36,103 bases of DNA from Hyphomicrobiales bacterium (GTDB lineage: Bacteria; Pseudomonadota; Alphaproteobacteria; Rhizobiales; Aestuariivirgaceae), in contig JAAURV010000001.1 of NCBI GenBank assembly GCA_012032065.1, positions 1 to 36,103 of the forward strand, read 5' to 3'. The notes beneath the pieces are model-generated. The model worked only from the letters and a program-made list of their open reading frames with translations. It had not been told where the DNA came from and did no database searches. This document shows positions 29,508 through 36,103 of the stretch, piece after piece. Made by a program: the position numbers and the translations under genes. Within the stretch, counting starts at the first letter, position 1. Every line of letters starts with the position of its first letter.

Positions 29508-31012
29508 GCGAACGCTTCGTCATCGTCGGCGGCGGCACGGCGGGCTGGCTCGCGGCGCTGATGCTGCGGGATGCGTTCAAGAGGCAAAAGCGCGACGCCG
29601 TGGTCATCGTCGTTGAGTCGTCGAAGATTCCGGCAATTGGCGTGGGCGAGGGCACGACGGCCGTGTTCCGCCAGATGCTGAAATACTTCGATCTCGACGA
29701 GTTTGCATTCCTGAAAGACACGGAAGCGACGATCAAATTCGGCATCCGCCACAGGGACTGGCGGCGCTTGCGCCACTCCTATGACGGACCCATTGACGAT
29801 CCGCATTTGGTGCTGGAGCAGCAAGGCGCGGCCCCGCAAAGCTACCTCGACATTTTTTCCGTGGCGGCCGGCAGGCCGGTAAAAGATACGCATCTCTTTG
29901 GTTATCTGTTGGACCAGCACAAAGCTCCGTGGGCGTGGAAGCCCGATGGCACGCCTGTAGCCATGTCGCCCTTTCACCACGCATTTCATTTCGACCAGGC
30001 GCTGGCTGGAAAGTGGCTGCGCAAGCATGCAAAAGGAGTCGAAACGATCGATGCGCAAGTTTCGGGTGCGCGGCGCGATGTGGAGACGGGAGACATCGAG
30101 GCCCTGATAACCGGCGCGGGTGAAGTTGAGGGTGACTTCTTCATCGACTGCACCGGCTTCCGCAAGTCGCTGATCACCGGCGTGCTCGGAGGCGCTTGGG
30201 TGAGTTACCGGAACATTCTCCCCGTCAATCGCGCCATGCCTTTCTGGGTTGATCTGAAAGACGGCGAGGAAATCCCGCCTTTCACGCTCGCTTGGGCGCA
30301 AGGCTCGGGCTGGCTGTGGTCGATCCCGACGCAAACGCGATACGGCATGGGGTATGTTTACTCCGACGAGTTTCTGACTCCCGGAAAAGCAAAGGAGGAA
30401 ATCGAAGTTGCGTTGGGTCACGCAATTGAACCGCGCAACGATCTCCGCTTCGACATCGGCCGGCAGAAGGATGCCTGGATCAATAACTGCCTCGCGCTCG
30501 GCCTCTCGTCCAGTTTCCTTGAACCGTTGGAAGCAACCTCAATCCATGGGAGCGTGGTGCAACTGATGGTGTTTACGAACTACCATCTGAATCGCACGCC
30601 CGAGGACCGGAACGCATATAATGCCTTCGCTGCGCGGCAAGTGGATGATTTCCGCGATTTTATCAATATGCACTACGTGTCGGAGCGGCGCGACACGCCC
30701 TTTTGGAAGCACGTTGCGGAGAAAAACATCGGCGCGCCGGCGAAAGAGCGGCTCGAGCGATGGCAAGGAAAGATGCCAGAGTACTCGGACTTCGAGCCGC
30801 TGCCAGGCCGCTTCGCTCATACAGAGCAGCAGCTCTACTATCCGGTGCTCGATGGCCTTGGGCTTTTGAATCGCGGCGTGGCGCAAAGACACATGGAACG
30901 CTCGCCGGAACTTCGCAAGAAAGCAAAGACGGCGGCGGACAGTCTGACGGCCGAGTACCGTTCTTCAGCGCCAAAAGCCATAGGTCACAGGGCGTTTTTG
31001 CAATCGTTATGA
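29504..31012 (+). CDS. Flavin-dependent halogenase (tryptophan halogenase family), 502 aa
   Basis: FAD motif VGGGTAGW, IGVGEGT, ATIKFGI (Lys78 at the PrnA Lys79 position), AFHFD, FIDCTGF, WLWSIP (WxWxIP) and GLSSSFLEPLEATSI. ATGA overlap with melA. Confidence 0.93.
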   Translation: MSERFVIVGGGTAGWLAALMLRDAFKRQKRDAVVIVVESSKIPAIGVGEGTTAVFRQMLKYFDLDEFAFLKDTEATIKFGIRHRDWRRLRHSYDGPIDDPHLVLEQQGAAPQSYLDIFSVAAGRPVKDTHLFGYLLDQHKAPWAWKPDGTPVAMSPFHHAFHFDQALAGKWLRKHAKGVETIDAQVSGARRDVETGDIEALITGAGEVEGDFFIDCTGFRKSLITGVLGGAWVSYRNILPVNRAMPFWVDLKDGEEIPPFTLAWAQGSGWLWSIPTQTRYGMGYVYSDEFLTPGKAKEEIEVALGHAIEPRNDLRFDIGRQKDAWINNCLALGLSSSFLEPLEATSIHGSVVQLMVFTNYHLNRTPEDRNAYNAFAARQVDDFRDFINMHYVSERRDTPFWKHVAEKNIGAPAKERLERWQGKMPEYSDFEPLPGRFAHTEQQLYYPVLDGLGLLNRGVAQRHMERSPELRKKAKTAADSLTAEYRSSAPKAIGHRAFLQSL

Positions 31013-31022
31013 GGATGAAGAC

Positions 31023-32519
31023 ATGACCATCAAGATCGCCATCATCGGCGCAGGTTCCATCGGCTTCACCAAGAAACTGGTGAGCGACCTGCTGAAAATC
31101 CCCGAATTTGCGGAGGTGGAGTTTGCGCTCACCGACATCAGCGAGAAAAACCTGGAGATGGCGCGGCAGATCATCCAGCGCATTGTGGATGTAAATAGGC
31201 TGCCCACAAAGGTCACGGCCACGACAGACCGCCGCCACGCCTTTGAGGGCGCCAAATACATCATGAATTGCGTGCGCATCGGCGGGCTGGAGGCCTATGC
31301 GGCCGACGTCAACATTCCGCTGAAGTACGGCGTCGATCAGTGCGTGGGCGACACCATTTGCGCGGGCGGAGTCATGTACGGCCAGCGCACCATGACCGCC
31401 ATGATGGGTTTCTGCAAGGACATGCGCGAAGTGGCGCATAGCGATCTTCTGCACTTGAACTATGCCAACCCCATGGCCATGAACACCTGGGCCTGCATCG
31501 ACCACGGCAAAGTGAACACGGTAGGTCTCTGCCATGGCGTGCAGAACGGCTGGCGGCAGATTGCGGCGGCGCTCGGCATTCATCCGCATACCGGCCTCGA
31601 CATCGTCTGCTCCGGCATCAACCACCAGACATGGTATATCGGATTGAATCACATGGGCCGCAACATCACTCGGGATGAACTCGTCGAAGCCTTTGAGAAG
31701 CATCCGGCATTCTCCGAACAGGAGAAGGTGCGCATCGATGTGCTGAAGCGCTTCGGCTATTATTCGACGGAATCCAACGGACATCTTTCTGAGTATCTGC
31801 CCTGGTATCGTAAGCGGCCAAGCGAGATCGTCAACTGGATCTCGCTCAGCGACTGGATACACGGCGAAACGGGAGGCTATCTCCGCTACTGTACCGAGAA
31901 CCGGAATTGGTTCGAGCAGGACTTCCCGCATTTTCTGAAACTCGCGGAAAAGCCACTGAGCGATTACGTACGCACGGATGAACATGCATCATGGATCATC
32001 GAGGCCTTGGAAACAGGCCGCACCTATCGCGGCCACTTCAATGTGAAGAACGGCGGCACGATCAAGAATCTGCCCGCCGACTGCATCGTCGAAAGCACCG
32101 GCTTCGTGACCCGCTTCGGCATCAACATGGTCGAGGGCATGGAACTGCCGCTCGCTTGCGCCGCCACCTGCATGAGTTCCATCAATGTGCAACGGATGAG
32201 CGTTCAGGCGGCGATGACCGGTGACGTGGAGCTTCTGAAGCTCGCCGTGCTGCATGATCCGCTCGTTGGCGCCATATGTACGCCGGAGGAAGTCTGGCAA
32301 ATGGTGGATGAAATGCTTGTCGCGCAAGCGCCATGGTTGCCGCAGTACGCGGATGCCATTCCCGCGGCAATGGATCGATTGCGCGATCCGAGAGTGAAAA
32401 CCAAGGACTGGGCGGGAGCCGCAAGACAGAAAGTGCGTTCGGTGGAAGAGATGCGCGTGTCCAAACCCAGGACCATCGCCAACACCGGCCACAGCCTCGG
32501 CGCCAGGGTGATGGGCTGA
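31023..32519 (+). CDS. Second GH4 glycosidase (alpha-galactosidase/alpha-glucosidase)
   Basis: IAIIGAGSIGF, DQCVGDTICAGG, NYANPMA, GLCHGV, GINHQTW and STESNGHLSEYLPWY. RBS gagga. Confidence 0.94.
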   Translation: MTIKIAIIGAGSIGFTKKLVSDLLKIPEFAEVEFALTDISEKNLEMARQIIQRIVDVNRLPTKVTATTDRRHAFEGAKYIMNCVRIGGLEAYAADVNIPLKYGVDQCVGDTICAGGVMYGQRTMTAMMGFCKDMREVAHSDLLHLNYANPMAMNTWACIDHGKVNTVGLCHGVQNGWRQIAAALGIHPHTGLDIVCSGINHQTWYIGLNHMGRNITRDELVEAFEKHPAFSEQEKVRIDVLKRFGYYSTESNGHLSEYLPWYRKRPSEIVNWISLSDWIHGETGGYLRYCTENRNWFEQDFPHFLKLAEKPLSDYVRTDEHASWIIEALETGRTYRGHFNVKNGGTIKNLPADCIVESTGFVTRFGINMVEGMELPLACAATCMSSINVQRMSVQAAMTGDVELLKLAVLHDPLVGAICTPEEVWQMVDEMLVAQAPWLPQYADAIPAAMDRLRDPRVKTKDWAGAARQKVRSVEEMRVSKPRTIANTGHSLGARVMG

Positions 32520-32781
32520 CCATTCGTTGCTTCCGCGCGCCGTTCATCGCCGCAAGAAATCAAGGCGGCATCTATCAGCACAGTGGCGGCAATGACCTCA
32601 GCTACGCCAATATTGGCCTGACGCTTGGCCGGCATTTAGGCCTCGTCGAAGCATTTGTGCAACGTGCCGAGACCGCCTCATCGGTCGTACTTCCCCGTTT
32701 TTCGATGGTGCGCGAGACGAAGCCGCGCCAGTTCCATCAGGTATTTGCGGAGCGTGCAGGCGACGTACCGAGGCCGTTGCT

Positions 32782-33243
32782 TTAATCGAACTGCCTGGCC
32801 GTCAGGCTTATCGCCATGGGCAGCACGTGATCGCGTTCGAAGGCGATGTGGCGGCGCAGGCATTCGAACAGTCCGCGCAGCATCCAGCTGAGTGATTCGA
32901 CATTGCTGTCCGCCCGCCTCACCGCGAAGGCGCAGAGCGCCTCATGAACGCAGGCGGCGTTCTCCTCGTCTTCCCAATGCTCGAACTTCAGGCGATCGAA
33001 GACCGGTTCGAGCGCCAGCCGGTCCTCCACCGCCGCCATGATGGCGGGGAACAGTTCCTCTTCCTCGAAGCTGTGTGCGGACTTGATCATCCTCACCATC
33101 TGGTTGGCGGTTTCGATGCAGAGAACGCCGTCGGCGGAGTCCGGCAGACTGTCGGCGATCTCCTCAAGCCGGTCGCAGAGCTGCCCCTGTTGCTGGAGGT
33201 AGGAGCCAAGTGTGTCTACCATGTTCAAAAGGCCGCCACTCAT
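32782..33243 (-). CDS. Hemerythrin/HHE cation-binding domain protein
   Basis: [28 protein letters not shown] and RRHIAFE (HxxxE motifs). Divergent from ccoN. Start chosen after gaaggg. Confidence 0.85.
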   Translation of the reverse strand: MSGGLLNMVDTLGSYLQQQGQLCDRLEEIADSLPDSADGVLCIETANQMVRMIKSAHSFEEEELFPAIMAAVEDRLALEPVFDRLKFEHWEDEENAACVHEALCAFAVRRADSNVESLSWMLRGLFECLRRHIAFERDHVLPMAISLTARQFD

Positions 33244-33351
33244 CTGGCGCCCTTCAACCATGCGTATCCGCCATTTGTCCGATTTATCCGGCATGTCGGC
33301 CGTCCCGATCCACATCACTACGCATTTTTTGCCAAATCGCGGCCAAGGGCG

Positions 33352-33365
33352 TTGATCCAGATCAA
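33352..33365. promoter_or_regulatory. FNR/FixK box (anaerobox)
   Basis: Perfect TTGAT-ccag-ATCAA about 100 bp upstream of ccoN. Confidence 0.92.
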
Positions 33366-33464
33366 GGCTCGTCCGTGCCCAAGCCGCCATCAGAGAGGCT
33401 GCCGGTGGGGCAGGGGGCTAGGATCCCGGTCCTTGTGCGGCAGCGCTTGAAAGGACCGCTACCC

Positions 33465-35084
33465 ATGAAATACGGAACGCCCGTCCTCGCCGCAGGCATT
33501 GCGGCCTTCCTGGCACTCATGGCGGCGGCGACCGGTCAGGACGAGTTCTTCCGCATCCATGGCGCGATTGCCTTCGTCATGCTCGGACTGACGACAGTTT
33601 TTCTCGCGCGGCGCGTCCAGTTCTCCGCCGACGGGCAACCTTTCGCGGCCTACGACACGTCGGGTTATCTCGACGGCGTCGTCCGCTATGGCGCCATCGC
33701 CACCATGTTCTGGGCCATCGCGGGACTGCTCGTAGGCTTCGTCATCGCGCTGCAGCTTGCCTATCCGCTGCTCAACCTCGAGCCTTATTTCAACTTCGGC
33801 CGTCTCCGTCCGCTCCATACTTCGGCCGTGGTCTTCGCTTTCGGCGGCAACGCGCTGATCGCCACGTCGTTCTATGTCGTGCAGCGCACCTGCCGCGCGC
33901 GCTTTGGGGCGGCGATCTCGCGTGGTTCGTATTCTGGGGCTATCAGGCCTTCATCGTGCTCGCCGCCACGGGCTATCTGCTCGGCATCACGCAAAGCCGC
34001 GAGTATGCCGAGCTGAATGGTATGTGGACATCTGGCTCACCATCGTCTGGGTCGCCTATCTCGTGGTGTTCCTCGGCACGCTGATCAAGCGCAAGGAACC
34101 CCACATCTATGTGGCGAACTGGTTCTATCTCTCCTTCATCGTCACCATCGCGATGCTGCACCTCGTCAACAATCTGTCGATGCCGGTGTCGTTCATGGGG
34201 TCGAAGAGCTATTCGGCATTCTCGGGTGTGCAGGATGCGCTGACCCAGTGGTGGTACGGGCACAACGCGGTGGGCTTTTTCCTCACCGCCGGCTTCCTCG
34301 GCATGATGTATTATTTCGTGCCCAAGCAGGCGGACCGCCCGATCTACTCCTACAGGCTTTCGATCATCCACTTCTGGTCGCTGATCTTCATGTACATCTG
34401 GGCCGGGCCGCATCATCTGCATTACACAGCACTCCCCGACTGGGCGCAGACGCTCGGCATGGTGTTCTCGGTCATGCTGTGGATGCCCTCCTGGGGCGGC
34501 ATGATCAACGGGCTCATGACGCTGTCGGGCGCGTGGGACAAGCTTCGCACCGATCCAATCCTGCGCATGATGGTAATGGCGATCGCTTCTACGGCATGTC
34601 GACCTTCGAGGGCCCGCTGATGTCGGTCAAAGCCGTCAACTCGCTCAGCCACTACACCGACTGGACCATTGGACACGTGCATTCGGGCGCACTGGGCTGG
34701 GTCGGCATGATTTCGTTCGGCGCGATCTACTTTCTCGTGCCGAAGCTCTGGGGCCGCCAGCGGCTCTACAGCCTGAGGCTGGTCAACTGGCACTTCTGGC
34801 TCGCAACGCTCGGCATCGTCGTTTACGCGGCGGTGATGTGGGTATCCGGCATCATGCAGGGCCTGATGTGGCGCGAGTACGATGACCAGGGCTTCCTCGT
34901 CTATTCTTTCGCGGAGTCGATGGCGGCGATGCATCCCTACTACGTGATGCGCGCGTTCGGCGGCCTGCTCTACCTCTTGGGCGCGCTGGTCATGGCCTAC
35001 AACATCTACCGCACCATCCGTGGCGATCTCCGCGAAGAAGTTCCCATGGGCGCGGATGCCCCCGCATTGCAGCCGGCCGAGTAA
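33465..35084 (+). CDS. ccoN: cbb3-type cytochrome c oxidase subunit I (three apparent -1 frameshifts at about 33903, 34013 and 34586)
   Basis: [42 protein letters not shown] and [13 protein letters not shown], spread across successive frames. RBS aagga. Confidence 0.96.
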
Positions 35085-35096
35085 GGAGAAACGAAC

Positions 35097-35840
35097 ATGG
35101 CAAACCCGTCCGGCGGTTCCCTTGGCTGGCATGGAAGCATCGAGCGCAACGCCACGCTGCTGCTCGTGCTCTCGCTCATCGTCGTCACCATCGGCGGCAT
35201 CGTGGAGATCGCGCCCTTGTTCTATCTCGAAAACACCATCGAGAAGGTGAAGGGCATGCGGCCCTATTCGCCGCTCGAGCTTGCGGGGCGCAACATTTAT
35301 GTACGCGAGGGCTGCTACGTCTGCCACTCGCAGATGATCCGGCCCTTCCGCGACGAGGTGGAGCGCTACGGCCATTACAGTCTCGCCGCCGAGTCGATGT
35401 ACGACCATCCCTTCCAGTGGGGTTCGAAACGCACTGGACCCGATCTGGCGCGCGTCGGCGGCCGTTACTCGAACGACTGGCATCTCGAACACCTGAAGGA
35501 TCCGCGCTCGGTCGTGCCGGAATCGATCATGCCGCCCTATTCGTTTCTGGCCTCGCGCGAACTCGATCTTTCGAACGCCTCCGGCCATCTGGCCGCGAAC
35601 CGCTCCGTCGGCGTGCCGTACACGGACGAAATGATCGCCGCGGCGGAAGCGGACGCCAAGGCACAGGCCGGGGCCGAAGGCGATCCGGCCTCGGTCACCG
35701 GGCGATATCCCAAGGCGGTTGTCGCGAATTTCGACGGCGATCCGCGCGTGACCGAAATGGATGCCTTGATCGCTTACCTGCAGATGCTCGGAACGCTGGT
35801 CGACTTCTCGGCCTACAAACCGGAGGAGAACCTGAGATGA
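35097..35840 (+). CDS. ccoO: cbb3-type oxidase subunit II (monoheme cytochrome c)
   Basis: [20 protein letters not shown] (CxxCH) and [14 protein letters not shown]. Confidence 0.98.
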   Translation: MANPSGGSLGWHGSIERNATLLLVLSLIVVTIGGIVEIAPLFYLENTIEKVKGMRPYSPLELAGRNIYVREGCYVCHSQMIRPFRDEVERYGHYSLAAESMYDHPFQWGSKRTGPDLARVGGRYSNDWHLEHLKDPRSVVPESIMPPYSFLASRELDLSNASGHLAANRSVGVPYTDEMIAAAEADAKAQAGAEGDPASVTGRYPKAVVANFDGDPRVTEMDALIAYLQMLGTLVDFSAYKPEENLR

Positions 35841-35995
35841 ACGCCGACTATCAGATGCTGCGGACCTTCGCCGATAGCTGGGGCTTGCTGGCCATGCTCC
35901 TGTTCTTCGCAGCCGCGGCCGTCTGGGTGCTCCGCCCCTCGGCGCGCAAGGCGCATGAGGACGCAGCGTCCATTCCGTTCAAGGAGAGTGAATAA
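35837..35995 (+). CDS. ccoQ: cbb3-type oxidase small subunit CcoQ/FixQ
   Basis: 52 aa, [20 protein letters not shown]...[16 protein letters not shown], coupled to ccoO and ccoP. Confidence 0.93.
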   Translation: MNADYQMLRTFADSWGLLAMLLFFAAAAVWVLRPSARKAHEDAASIPFKESE

Positions 35996-36103
35996 TGTCC
36001 GGCGAACGCCACATCGATGAAATCTCGGGCACCGAGACGACCGGCCACGAGTGGGATGGCATCAAGGAACTCAATACGCCGCTGCCGCGCTGGTGGTTGT
36101 GGA
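35995..36103 (+). CDS. ccoP: cbb3-type oxidase subunit III, N-terminus only (runs off the window)
   Basis: [36 protein letters not shown]. Confidence 0.95.
   Translation, partial: MSGERHIDEISGTETTGHEWDGIKELNTPLPRWWLW

Noticed and set aside
29504-31012. Pyrrolnitrin- or rebeccamycin-type biosynthetic cluster
   Set aside because: No companion biosynthetic genes or flavin reductase are in the window, and the neighbours are sugar transport and hydrolysis genes.

Overview
GC-rich alphaproteobacterial DNA (Hyphomicrobiales/Rhizobiales-like) with three blocks. (1) 319-20993: a rhizobial/Brucella-type flagellar cluster on the + strand: two flagellins, fliF, a FliH-like ORF, motB, motC, a very long fliK, a lytic transglycosylase, flgE, flgK, flgL, flaF, flbT, flgD, fliQ, flhA, fliR, a FliJ-like ORF, flgJ, flgN, a MotF/FliL-like gene and an orphan. 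CtrA-type boxes precede the flagellins, and a shared CAAG-repeat promoter motif precedes flgE, flhA and flgJ. The rem/ftcR regulator gene usually found before flgE is absent. (2) 21044-32519: a divergent AraC/MelR regulator and an agp/mel-like alpha-galactoside operon (family-5 ABC transporter, two GH4 glycosidases). A complete flavin-dependent halogenase-family gene sits between the two GH4 genes and is translationally coupled to the first; this is the most unusual feature. (3) 32782-end: a hemerythrin-like gene divergent from ccoNOQP (cbb3 oxidase), with a perfect FNR/FixK box between them. Ten genes carry 12 small frameshifts and need no internal stop codons once repaired, which most likely reflects long-read indel errors rather than real pseudogenes. 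All calls come from reading the sequence and recalled family motifs; no database search was run.
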